DNA from: Naegleria gruberi
Taxonomy: Eukaryota
Length of the DNA stretch: 64,000 bases
Strand: one strand, 5' to 3'
Assembly (NCBI GenBank): GCA_000004985.1
Contig: GG738852.1
The notes below the pieces were generated by a model that saw nothing but the letters and a program-made list of their open reading frames with translations, did no database searches and was not told the DNA's origin. The position numbers and the translations under genes were made by a program. Below, in pieces: positions 30,655 through 42,048 of this stretch. The first letter of the stretch is position 1. Each line of letters opens with the position of its first letter.

Positions 30655-32560
30655 TTAGTTGTGAGAGGTGAATAATTTAATGAGTGGTTTTTTGGCAACC
30701 TTTCCCATAGCATTCTTTGGAATTTCCTCTCCCTCTGGTAAGACAATGAGACGAGTTGGTATCTTGTATTTGGCTAGGTCACGAGAGCAAAAATCTTGCA
30801 ATTCTTTCAATGTGAGTGTTTGACCTTTGTGAAGCGAGATGAGAGCACCAACTCTCTCACCATACTCCTCATCTGGTACTCCCAAAACAGCACATTCCTT
30901 AATCTTGCTCATATCGAGAATTACTCTTTCAATATCGAGAGCTGATATTTTGTATCCACCAGATTTAATAATATCAGAACTGAGTCTTCCACAAATTTTG
31001 TAATAACCCTCCTCATCGATTAATACTGAATCTCCTGTAATGAAATAGCCATCCTCTGTAAAAGCTTTTCTGGTTGCATCTGGTCTACCTAAATATTCTT
31101 TAAAAATACTTGGACCTTTGACTAATAATTCACCTGGCTCATTCGGTTTTGTAATTTCCTCCCTTGTGTCAAAGTCAACAATTTTAACTTGAACTGTGGG
31201 AAGTGGAAAGCCAACACAGCCCATCTTTCTCTTTTCCTTATCCATTGGGTTTGAAATAGCCATTAGAATTTCAGACATGCCAAATCTTTCCAATAAATTA
31301 TGATGCGATATTTTTTTCCATTTTGAATAGACTGAAGTTGGTAAGGCAGCACTTCCAGATACCATCAATCTCAATTTCTCAACTTGCTCAGTGTAGTGTT
31401 TTTGAGTTTTATGAGAAAGCTCATCATAGTAATGAATAAGTTTGACATAAATGGTTGGAACTGCCATGAACACATTAATATGTTTTTCGTCTGGTTTCTT
31501 GTCTGAATTGGTCAATTTCTTCCATACTTGTTCGGGATTGAACTTCAAAAACTCAATGGTAGCTGCACAATAGAGTGGGCAAGTAAGAGCATTGATTAAC
31601 CCATGAACGTGATGAAGCGGAAGTAAATGAAGGATCATATCCTTCTCAGTCCACTCCCATTCAGAACAGAGAATATTGGCTTGTGCCAATATATTTGAAA
31701 ATGTGAGTACAACAGCTTTTGGGTTTCCTGTTGTGCCTGATGTGTACACAATTAACTTGTATTCATTCGAATATTAATATTTTCCTTAAATAAATATTGA
31801 GCTACCTACAGATCCATTTTCCCTATCGTTTTGTTTCAAATCAATCACTTGAAGCTTTGAATTATCAATTGATTTGGTCAAGGAGTTATCATATTCTATA
31901 AATTTGATATGTTTCATTTCTTGAAATAAAGGTTCCAATGAACTCTTCTTTTCCTTTTGATAAATGACAACCTTACATTGGGAATCATCAATATAATATT
32001 TCAATTCCTTTGTTGGATGTGTATTACATAGAGGAACAGCAGTTCCATTCACTCTCCAAATTGACCACAATGTGACTGTATAATCATATCCAGGATCGAA
32101 CAAGAAACAAATCTTTTCATTGGTCAATAGTTTCACTTTTTGATTAGAATCATCAATAGCATTCTCACCACAATATTGATCAACCAATTTGTTTGCAAAA
32201 TTGCCACTATCCCGAATCAAATCAGAATAGGTATATTTTGTTGTGATAAATTCTTCACTGTTTGCTTTGTTTTGTTCATGTTGGTGGTGATGATGCTTTT
32301 CCGAATGATGATGATTGGTAATAATGGCAATATTATCCTGTCTAGAGAGTCCCTTCTCGAATAATTTTGAGGATGAAACTATGAAAAGATGATCAACATT
32401 ATGTTACTAAAAACGAAAACATACTGTACAATGTATGATCAAGTCTCTTTTGCAGATTTTCTAACTTGATATTCTTTCCATTCCATATACAATATATTAA
32501 TCTATTACCATTTGCCAAAAGTGTTTGTTTCTCGTTAGCCGAAGAGAACAGCTTCCTCAT
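30655..32560 (-). CDS. ACSF3: ACSF3-like acyl-CoA synthetase (malonyl-/methylmalonyl-CoA synthetase family, AMP-binding). Proposed exons are 32509..32560, 32425..32460 (36-nt micro-exon), 31810..32378 and 30655..31755. Introns are 48, 46 and 54 nt.
   Basis: Exon 4 has LIVYTSGTTGNPKAVVL (AMP-binding motif I) and LLPLHHVHGLINALTCPL, the ACSF3 hallmark PLHHVHGVVNALLCPL. Exon 3 (..LFEKGLSRQDNIAIIT.., ..YTYSDLIRDSGNFANKLV) is in the same frame as exon 4, but two in-frame TAA stops lie between them. A 54-nt GTAGGT...CAAG intron removes the stops. Exon 3 has no in-frame ATG. The only model that supplies one is MRKLFSSANEKQTLLAN (GTAATA donor) joined through a 36-nt exon (GTATGT donor). The two 5' exons are inferred with lower confidence (about 0.45). 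Confidence 0.7.
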
Positions 32561-32659
32561 ATTCTTAATATTACAATTATTTAAATTTTTTTCAATTAAA
32601 AAAAATATTCCAATATCTCGCTTTGTTGTACGAGCCTATTTAAAATAATCGGAAGAAGA

Positions 32660-33055
32660 ATGGAAGATCTATTGTTGGATGCTTTGGAAAATAATACTTT
32701 GGAAATTGTTGACAAGTTGAATCAATTGTCTATCATGATTGAAAAGTATGATGCAAAGGAAACAAAACCTCACTGGTTTGATACAATTGAAAATTTGGAT
32801 AAACAATATACTGATTTGTTGTCCTTGTGTCATCAACATGCCAACACTCCGCTCATGCAAGAACAATATCCATATGATTTATTACAAGTTATTGATAGAA
32901 ACGAATCACCTGATCAATACTTGAGAACTGTCACCGAAAGGGCACAACAAAAAATTGAATATGCTAACGGAAAGAAACTTGCTGTCAAACAATTGAGAGA
33001 TGTTATTAGAAGTGAGATTGAAAAGAACTTTTCCGAGAATGATATGAAAGAGTAA
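32660..33055 (+). CDS. MED10: Mediator complex subunit 10 (Med10/Nut2)
   Basis: 131 aa. PYDLLQVIDRNESPDQYLRTVTERAQQKIEYANGKKLAVKQLRDVIRSEIEKNFSENDM aligns with human MED10 PLEVFEYIDQGRNPQLYTKECLERALAKNEQVKGKIDTMKKFKSLLIQELSKVFPEDM. Confidence 0.75.
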   Translation: MEDLLLDALENNTLEIVDKLNQLSIMIEKYDAKETKPHWFDTIENLDKQYTDLLSLCHQHANTPLMQEQYPYDLLQVIDRNESPDQYLRTVTERAQQKIEYANGKKLAVKQLRDVIRSEIEKNFSENDMKE

Positions 33056-33057
33056 TT

Positions 33058-35844
33058 TTACTTTTTTCTTTCGGAAAGTTTTGGCCTTTTATCATTAATT
33101 AGCGTATCTTCCACTACTCGAGGCTTTTGGGTAATTTTGCTTGGAGCACGATTATTACCTACACTTGTATTATTAGTTTTCTTGATAGAATTGCTACTTT
33201 TGGATGTGGAATTGGCTTTTTTCGACTTGTCATCAATAAAATCAGACAGTTTCACACTAATAGTTTTGGATGGGGAGTAGTTATTGACCTCAGTTTCTTT
33301 GAGGATGGCTGAAGTATCTCTCAATGCTGTTGTAAGAATGGTATTGAGAGATTGTCTAGGAGATTCGGGTCTCTTTGGAATTGATGGATTTGTGAGAATT
33401 GGTTGATAGGGCTTGTTACTCTTCTTTAAAGGATTCTTGTTATTTAACACTTTGGGTGTGGCAACAAATTGAGATTGTTGAGGAGCAAAAGCAACAACTC
33501 TTGGTGATGGTCTTGGAGAGGGTACTGAAGATCCCTTAAATGCCTTCTCTAACCTTTTAGGTATGGTTGGAGAAATGAAAAATGAATCATCTTCATTGAT
33601 AAATATTATATCTGGTTCATACTCTTTTGGTTGAGACAAGAGCTCTGGTGAAGGTTTTCTGTTTGGTGTCGAAAGGTCTTTCTTGTCAAGTTCTGGAGAA
33701 CCCATATTGTAATTTAGATTCTTACTTGATTCTGCTCTTTGCTTTTTTAACAATTTGTGAAACATTAGAGTTTCCTCCTCTGAATCTTGTGGTTGAGTGA
33801 TAGCACTGGTTCCTTCATCATTGTGGTAGTTTGGGATATTATTGAGAGTGAAGAATTTTTCAACTTCCTCTTCAATCTCCTTCTCAGTGAACATATCCTC
33901 CTTTAAATCGACTTCTGTTGACGATTTAATAGGCGTTGCAACATTGTACATCGGTTCTTCCTTTTTTTCTTCTATTACTTCTCTTGTAAGTTTGTTCTCT
34001 TCATAAGTTGAAGTTGGTTTTCTGATATCTTGTATTGTGTAATTGGTTGAAAGCATTTCTTCAGTTTCCAATATTCTCTCCTCAATGATTTTGTCATTAG
34101 CCTTGTCCCCAGAGTCTTGAGTGGATTCAGTGTAAATCGATCTCCTTGCTTCATTTCTTAGGAAATTCTCGATATAAGGACCTTTTCCAGTTTTTGGGAG
34201 GTACGGAAACTTGAACGGTTATGGGTGAATAACTTGATCAGAAAACTTACATTCATAAGATTGGATGGCTTGATGTCGATCCATTCTGCATTTCTTAACA
34301 TTCTATCAATATCAAAGGGCAGTTTAATGTTGAGTGCACCAATCTTTTCCAATTCCTTCTTGTGTAATCCCTTAGTGGGTGTGACCACAAGATCCATTTC
34401 ACTCTTCGCTTCTTCTTGAGGTTTACATGCTTCAATAATGGGTTGCATATCCTCAATTGGTGGAGGGCTTAATTCTAGAGTTGATTCATGTATTGGCATT
34501 TGGAATTGATTCGTAGAAGCTAATTCAATTATTTCAACTATCTTTTCAGGAGTCTTTTCTTCAGTTGTGACCTCATCTGTAATACACGGTGATTCCATCA
34601 TGATTGTGAGCTGCTCTCTAACAAGACTATCATCCTCTTCAGTATTTGTCATTGTTGATGAGTCAATTGTTCCACCTTCTTTATGAGCATAAGTGTTAAC
34701 TGTTTGCTTGATTAGCGAGTGAAACTTGCTTAGGGATTTCTCAAATATTTCGAAGAGTGGCTCTTTCTTAATATCATCAGTTGAGTATTGTTTTTCTACA
34801 AGTGTTTTTTTAGAGAAGGCAAAGAATAAATGTAGAGCTCCTTCAAAACCTAGGGAAGTATTCTTTAGGGATTGTTTGTGTACCAGTGCTTCTTTTAATA
34901 AAAAGGCCATTACGTCGTCAGTTACTGCGTTTGGTTTAAGTATTTTCAATTTTAAATAGGAACTTACAATGATCGTAATATGCACTGTTGGAATATAACT
35001 TTTTAGTGTCCAATACTGCCTCTCTCCACAATTTAGGGATAACAAAAGGAGATTCTTCACTTTCAAAGTTGACCAGAATAGAGTTTGATAAGAGATTATT
35101 AACAGATGGACTCTCTGAAAGAAGAGAAACTGATGATTCAATTGCTTTCTTATCCAAGCTATTGTTATTGAAATACTGTTTAAATCTTCTCAATGTGATT
35201 GCTCCCTTGTAGGCTCCTGCATCATTCATTACCTCAAATGCTTGATTAAGGACAAACTCTGGTGTTATTGATTGACCATTCCTAGCATAATCACTTGCAA
35301 TAACAATAACAAGAACAAGTATTTCCTCCAATGATAGTACTGACTTGTTCTCATCATCCAATAGGAAGAATAAATGCTCAACCGATCGGAGCCAATCATC
35401 CGTACATTGCCACTGAAATTTCAAGTCCTTATTTTGACAATTAATTAACATTCCCATCAGAACATCTAACTGATAATCTGTATAATTTTCCATAAAGAAT
35501 TTGTTCCATTCCGACTCCATTATATTATTTCGTTTTTGAGGAGATGAGGCTACATTCTCCTTTAGATCTGTTATTGTAAGTGCTGATTGTTTGGTCCATT
35601 GCAAGAATAGCATATCAAACTCCTCCTCTGAAATCATTCCACCTAATAGCCAATCCAATATTGTTTTAAATTTCTCCAATGATTCAATACTTGCTTTCCC
35701 TCCACATATGTCCAACACAATTTCAATGTACAAGCTTTTTGCATGATTATCCTTAGGATTATTTGTTAGGGACGATGTGAAATTCGAAGAGTTGGGTTGT
35801 CTCTCCGATGATGATGAAATGTGACCATGTCCCTTAATACTCAT
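33058..35844 (-). CDS. Hypothetical ~930-aa protein (N-terminal EF-hand-like helical pairs, acidic middle, Ser/Pro-rich C-terminal tail). Three exons: 34968..35844, 34251..34924 and 33058..34209. Introns are 43 nt (34925..34967) and 41 nt (34210..34250), both GTAAGT.
   Basis: The three overlapping track ORFs 34936..35925, 34158..35141 and 33058..34071 join in frame at GTAAGT donors (..YYDH|LTDDVMAFLL.. and ..IKPSNLMN|FPYLPKTG..). In each case the read-through alternative hits a stop within about 30 codons. No domain was assigned with confidence. The first in-frame ATG is at 35844 (MSIKGHGH..), and an upstream exon is not excluded. Confidence 0.5.
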
Positions 35845-36207
35845 TTGTTTTATATTGGATTTTTTAACGGAAACAAACAAGGGCTCACTTGGGCGGGAAA
35901 ATACTGTTTCTTTGTGTATGTTCAAATTGATGATTATTTCTAATAAATTATCTCAAATTTAGATAATAAATTAAACAGAGATTCTTTAACTCTCATCATC
36001 GACGATGCAGACACGGAACCAATACTTTCTTGCATAATATCGGATAAAAAGTTTTAGTAATTTTAATTACATTGTACTATAGAAAGATAGTGATGATAAT
36101 TTGTTCATTATTAATAATGTTAATACCCACTCCAATACTCATCAACAAGTTAATTGACTCCACCGTATTATTTATTTAATAAATTTATCATCACAGAAAT
36201 TTCTCGT

Positions 36208-37998
36208 ATGCAAAAATACTTCAACAAAAAAATGTCAACAAAAACAACAGCCCTTGACTCTATTCTCAAACACTTAATCGATAAGGATCAACAAGATGAT
36301 TCAGAAGATTCCATCAATAAAAACTTTATAGAGGATTTTGTTAATTCAAAAGTACAAGATAGAATTAAACATTGGATAAAATCATTATATGAATATCAAA
36401 AGAATTCATCATCACAAATAACATCATCGGGAATTAAAAAATTACTAGTAGATGGGTAGGTGTTTTTACATAGTATTTGATGTATTATTGATATTATTAG
36501 ATTTGATGAAGAACAAGTTTGGAGTCAGCTTGCAACATTTCATCAACCTCTTCTTTCACAACTCTCCAACAAGATTGACAAGATGGAAAATTTAGAATCG
36601 ATAGTAAATGACGAAGTTTTGCAATATTTAAGTGATTCAGATGACGAAGAACAAGAAGAAGGAGAAGAAAATGTTGATGAACGAGCACTCCGAAGAATGA
36701 TGTCCATGGATGAAAGTGATGAAGAGGATGACGAAGAAGATGGCATGGAAGAAGATAAACCAACCACAACAACAAGAAATAATAAGAAAACTCTGAGAGG
36801 AGATGAAGCTAAGGAGTATATAGCTGATGATTTTGAAGAACAAGATATCAATACATTCCTTGACGATATGGAAAAGAATATGGATGCTCTTGATGAAATG
36901 GATTACGATGAAAATGAAAAGCAAAATAACAGAGAAGAAAAGAGAGCCATGGGTGAATTATACGGAGATGAAGATATTGATGAAGATGAAGAAGAGGATG
37001 AAGAACCAAGATCAGGAAAGGAACAAAAATCAGCTTTTGAATTGGAACAAGAACGTTTATTGGAAAGAATGGAAGAATTGGAAAATAAGAATATCAGAAA
37101 TAAGGATTGGCAAGAAATTGGTGAAGTTGATGCTAAGAAGAGACCAATGAATTCACTTGTTGAAGAAGGAAAGTTATCATTTGAACATGCTCACAAAGCT
37201 AAACCAGTCATTACTGAAGAAATTACAAAGGATTTGGAAAGTATTATTATTAGCAGAATTGTCAGTGGTATTTATGATGATCCTGTGAAATTGTCTGATG
37301 AGGATAAGAATGAAGATTTAAAGCAAGACATTCAATTGGAACATGAAAAATCCAAGAAATCTCTCGCTCAAATCTATGAAGAAATGTACCTGAAAAAGGT
37401 TGAAGGAGTTGATATTGAAGAAGAAAAGAAGGAAGATCCAGTTGTCAAGGCAACCAAACAAAAAGTTCTTAAACAAGTTTCAGATTTGTTACGAGTTCTT
37501 AACCAAATGTCATCCTTTACCTATGTTGCCCCACCAAGAATTGATTTGGAAGACGAATCTGAAAACAAGACTGTTACAAATACAGTGACAGGAAAGGAAG
37601 AAGGTGAAAAGAATGCTAATGAAATTCTCCCAGCTGTCAAATGGTTACCACAGGCAGGGGAAGAAATGACCGAACAAGATAAGAAGAGAAAGAGAAGACA
37701 ATTCAAAGAAACAACAAGCAAAAAGGCAAAGAAGGCTAATGAATTAGTTGACAAATTGAATCCAGGAGCTTCTTCTCATGCCACAAAATTACTCGATGAT
37801 ATCAATCAAAGAAAGGATAATACAAAGAAGGAAAAGGCTTCAAAGTTGGAAGACGCTTCCGCTGTTGAATCTGACAAGATGTTTGGTAGCTCTAAACAAT
37901 TCTTTAACAAGATTCAAGATAATATTAGAAAGATTCACGGAGCTAAGGCAGCTAAGAAGGAAAAGAGTGGAGTTGTTAATAACAGTAAGGACGAATAA
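36208..37998 (+). CDS. MPP10: U3 snoRNP protein Mpp10. Exon 1 is 36208..36455, a 45-nt intron (GTAGGT...ATTATTAG) spans 36456..36500, and exon 2 is 36501..37998.
   Basis: ..IKKLLVDG|FDEEQVWSQLATFHQPLLSQLSN.. aligns with human MPP10 LQKLVIENFDDEQIWQQLELQNEPILQYF. The downstream blocks RPMNSLVEEGKLSFEHAHKAKPVITEEITKDLESIIISRI and LEHEKSKKSLAQIYEEMYLKK match the human RPENSLLEE..FDHA...PVITEE and LDHEKSKLSLAEIYEQEYLK. An acidic N-terminal tract is present. The second ATG at 36232 is an alternative start. Confidence 0.8.
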
Positions 37999-38284
37999 AC
38001 GAGACATTCAAAATATTTTTGTAAATCAAAATCATTTCTGTTGAAGAAAACTACCACAATTATTCATTGAACAATCTCAGTTGTTTGACGAAACTGTCTC
38101 TCCACAAGTGGTTGGAAAGAGATTATCAATTAAAAAAGTACAATTTTAAAAATTGTATTCCTAATGATCTATCTTGGTTGAAGGATTCCTTAATATTTTT
38201 CTCAATCTCATAAGGTTCTCTCTGAAACAATTTTAATCCGATCTAGTAATGCAATATATAACGTACTTCTCTTAATAAAAAAGA

Positions 38285-41141
38285 ATGCTATCAAATGCAC
38301 CACCACTGTTGAATAAAACAATTGGACAGTTGGTTAGGCAGGAAACTGTGGAAAAACCTCTCAATCAATCTTCACCCCAACAACAGTCAAAGAGTGGCAC
38401 CACCTCTTCAGCAGGACAAACTGTTGTCCTCTCCGTTATTCCGGATGATAAGAAGAATTTAGAGAGTAGGGGAGGAAAAACCTTGATGCTCAATGTGGAG
38501 GTTATTGGAGAATCGAAATTTAAAGTACTCTCCAGCACCAAATCCAAGATTTCTGAAGTGTATGAAACGATATGTTCAAAGATTGGATTAAATTCGGAAG
38601 GTAAAAAGTACTTTTCCCTCTCTCAAATTGTCTATGATGAAGATACCGAAATAATGAGTAGGTTAACATAATATTTATTGAGAAAATTATAATTAATGAA
38701 TAGATAGGTTTTTGAATTTTGAGAAAACTGTGGAGGAGGAAAATGTATCATCCTCAAGTACTTTGAATTTCATTATTAAAGTCCTCAAGAAGCCTATTGA
38801 TATTAAGGATCTGCAGGCAGAGATTCTGTTTGTTAAACAATTGCATCACTTCTTCACAACCAGACTTTTCAAGGGCACTGAAAAGCAATCCATCTTGATG
38901 GCTTCACTAATGATTCAAATGAATTTTGGAGATTATGATCATGAAAAGCATAAGATTGGATTTTTAAAGTAAGTAGTGTAAGTTGGCATCAAATTCTCAT
39001 GAGAATAGTAAAATTGAATTGGAGCATCTCATTCCAATAAGTGTGACAAAGCATGATCATGCTTACTGGCAAGCGAGATTACTGAGGCTCTACAATAAAT
39101 GGAATGGAATGTCAAAAAAGGAAGCTGTCTATGCATTTATTGATGTTGCATGCAAGACATCACATTTTGGATTATCATTCTTTAGAGTTGAGGTTGGGGT
39201 GGAAAAGAGAAAGAGAAGTTTAGCAATTGGAGAAGATGGTCTTTTCCTCTTTGACAAGATTAACCTTGTAAGTTTCTTCAAGTTAATAATTAAGGTCTTA
39301 TTTCCATAAATCATCAGAAACCAGAATGTTGGAGATGGAGCAAGATTCAAACTTGGAGGTCAATTGTAAAAGATAAGCAGAATAGTACTCTTGAAATTGA
39401 TATAGTTGGAAGTAAGAATACTGTGTCTGTTAATTCCCCAAAGGAAACCCACCAAATGATTATTTACTTGATAGAAATGTATTATTCATTCCTACCAGAT
39501 GATATGAAAACTTGTAAATTGGATTCGGAAATTGACTCCTCTCCTTGCCTCTCTCTGTATCATAGGCCTCAAAAACGAACATTCATAGGAATGTTCACAA
39601 GTAGAGTTGAATATTTAGTGAGATACTATATGGAAATTAATGCTAGAGGAAGGAATGTACCTTTAAAAACAATTTGTAAACAGCTTGATGATGTGATAGA
39701 CGATGACACCACTCTTACCTCACTAAAAGTTGGTAGAGGAGATTTAGATGATGGAAATGTGAGCTTTTTATTGGATCCTTTGGAGGTTTGTTGTGCATAT
39801 AAGGCAGATATTAGCTTTCCTTGGAAGGAAAATTTGAATCTGACAAGTTTAGATTTTGGTGGAAATATCATAAGAGCCGAATCTGGAAGACTAATTGATG
39901 TAATTTCATATTTTACTAATTTAACATATCTTAATCTTTCTGGAGTGTTCTTGTATAATGAAAAGAAGAAGTTTTTAGAATTTCTCACAGTTAGCAAATC
40001 CTTGGAAGGTTTAGAGTTGTCCATGTGTGGACTGGATCACAAATTCCTCAAAAGTATTATGGAAATTGTAATGGGACCTTCTAGATCCAAGCTGAAAATT
40101 CTTAACGTTTCAAAAAACAGATTGAAAAACAAATCATTAGAGCTTATTTACAATTCTATGGAATTTTTTTCCTATGAGGAATTGAATATTGCTCAGAACA
40201 AGTTCAAAGCAGCCAAAGATAATATGGTAAAGGAATTTTTCAGGAAATTGGAGCCAAATCAAAAGATTACCAAATTGGATATTAGTGGAATGAATATTGG
40301 AGAAAAGATGGGTGAGTACTTGACTGAATTGATTGCTGTCAGTGCTTCACTTCAAGTTTTGAAAATGTCAAATGTTTCAATCAATGGTCTTGTATTTTAT
40401 AGAATTGGAAGAATTCTGAGAACTCATCCCTCCCTCAGTGAAATTGATCTGTCAATGAATAAGATATTCCAAAAGCTTGGAATTGAAGAAATTGAAGATG
40501 CTTTCTTCTTTCTCTCTTCAAACAAGAGGCTTATATCCATAGATATTTCAGATTGCTCTATCAATGAAAAGGAAGGTGAATATATTGCCAAATTTATGAA
40601 GGAAAACACAACAATAGATCGCTTTTCAATTGCTGGTAATACAATTTCGACATCAACATACGATTTACCTCCTATATGGATGGAAATGATTGAGCAAAAC
40701 ACAATTTTAAATTTGTTTGATTTTACAAATTGTAAACTGTCAAGAAGAGGAATCATATCTTTACTAAGTGCAATGAATAAGAGCAATAGTGCAAAGGAAT
40801 TGTATATGGGAAGAAATTTGATCGATTTCACAATTCCTGAAATTAGAGAAAATTTTAAAAAGCTAAAACTCAGAGTTGTGGATATGAGAATGATGTCCAT
40901 AAATGATAAACAAATACCACTAGTTGCTTCCATCCTCACAGAGAATCCATATATTGAAATTGTTAATTTTGAATCCAATCTAGTGACATTCAATGGAGGC
41001 GAAACATTTGTTAAAATTGTGGGAAAGAAGACTAATCTAAAAAAAGTCGTTTTTGTCTGTAATAGAATTAAGGAACCAGAGAAACCAGTTTTATTCAATT
41101 TATTTATTACCCACACTAATATCAATCACGTTGTTTTGTAA
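38285..41141 (+). CDS. FERM-domain protein fused to C-terminal ribonuclease-inhibitor-type leucine-rich repeats. Exons are 38285..38657, 38704..38968, 39009..39267 and 39318..41141. Introns are 46, 40 and 50 nt (GTAGGT, GTAAGT, GTAAGT).
   Basis: The four track ORFs in the series are joined in frame. The FERM F1 ubiquitin-like lobe is in exon 1. The F2 lobe in exon 2 ends ..MNFGDYDHEKHKIGFL, and exon 3 begins NKIELEHLIP.. with ..AYWQARL.. downstream (ezrin: GDYNKEIHKSGYLSSERLIP). The F3 PH-like lobe has DGLFLFDKINL|KPECWRWSKIQTWRS..VSVNSPKETHQMIIYLIEMYY. The C-terminal ~450 aa are ~28-residue LRRs (LNLSGVFL.., LELSMCGLDHKFLKSIMEIV.., LNVSKNRLKNKSLELI..). Confidence 0.75.
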
Positions 41142-41302
41142 ATGTATAATAAATAATAATACTGTCTTTTTCTTTTTTAAAAAAAATGAACGAAAGAATA
41201 TTGAATGGTTGGAATTGTGAAGAGTTTGATAAGAAGAGAGTGGAGTAGGTAGTGTGCCTGTTTGAAATATATCATTGATATTTATTCTGTTTTGAAAGGA
41301 TT

Positions 41303-41941
41303 TTGATGGAAAAGAAATTATATTTTGATTATTCATACATGTTCCGATTGATTGGTTCAAAACAAATTAATGTAGCAATTAATTATTTAATTAATTATTT
41401 GGGAATGAAGAGTAAAATAGAAGAGTTCATATCAAATTGGAGTGATGGAAATATATGTGATTGGGAAATTACTTCTCTGGAAAAGTATTACAGTTTTCTT
41501 AAAGATAAATCAGAAGCCTTTCAACATCTTTGGATGAGTTTAATAATTGTGCAATATTTGAGTTTATTACATTTTATAGCTCACAAGGATCAGAATTATT
41601 ATGTGAAAGCTTTCAGTTTATTACAAAAGGCAATTCTTCCAATGTTGGAACATTACGGTAATGAAAGTCTTGGGAAAATGTTAACCTTACTATTAATTGA
41701 TTTTTCAAAGTATGTTTTAGAACATTAGTGGAATTAACTTTAAAGATACTCTCAATTATCAGGTGTTCCAAAATCAATTCACCAGCTCTACTGCGAATAT
41801 GAAGTTTCCCTCAAAAGTACACTTCAGAATTGTATTCCAGAGATTAATGCAATAACCAAGTTTCAATCAGAAGATGATCTATTTGAGTATCTCCACAATC
41901 AATCAGTTAGTATAAACAAACTCAAGAACCTATGCGAATAA
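41303..41941 (+). CDS. Hypothetical helical protein (~200 aa), probably two exons: 41303..41709 and 41746..41941, with a 36-nt GTATGT...TTAAAG intron.
   Basis: The 141-aa ORF ends DFSKYVLEH* exactly at a GTATGT. Removing 36 nt continues the frame for 65 more codons (..YSQLSGVPKSIHQLYCEYEVSLKSTLQNCIPEINAITKFQSEDDLFEYLHNQ..) to a TAA. No family assigned. Confidence 0.3.
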
Positions 41942-42048
41942 TAGTGGCAAAAGCATTTAGAACTTTAACATGGTTTAGTTCTTGAAGATTAGTATGATCA
42001 AGTTTCAGATAAATAATTAATACAGGATTTTATTTTGGAAAAATAGAT

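Noticed and set aside
32466-32648. 60-aa plus-strand ORF between ACSF3 and MED10
   Set aside because: It lies in the 99-bp divergent promoter/5' exon region. Its hydrophobic F/L-rich composition is typical of AT-rich non-coding DNA, and it overlaps the predicted ACSF3 first exon on the other strand.
36543-36924. Minus-strand ORFs of 92-102 aa antisense to the MPP10 acidic region
   Set aside because: They are antisense to the GAA/GAT-rich MPP10 exon, and the products are poly-Ser/Leu/Phe, typical of antisense acidic tracts.
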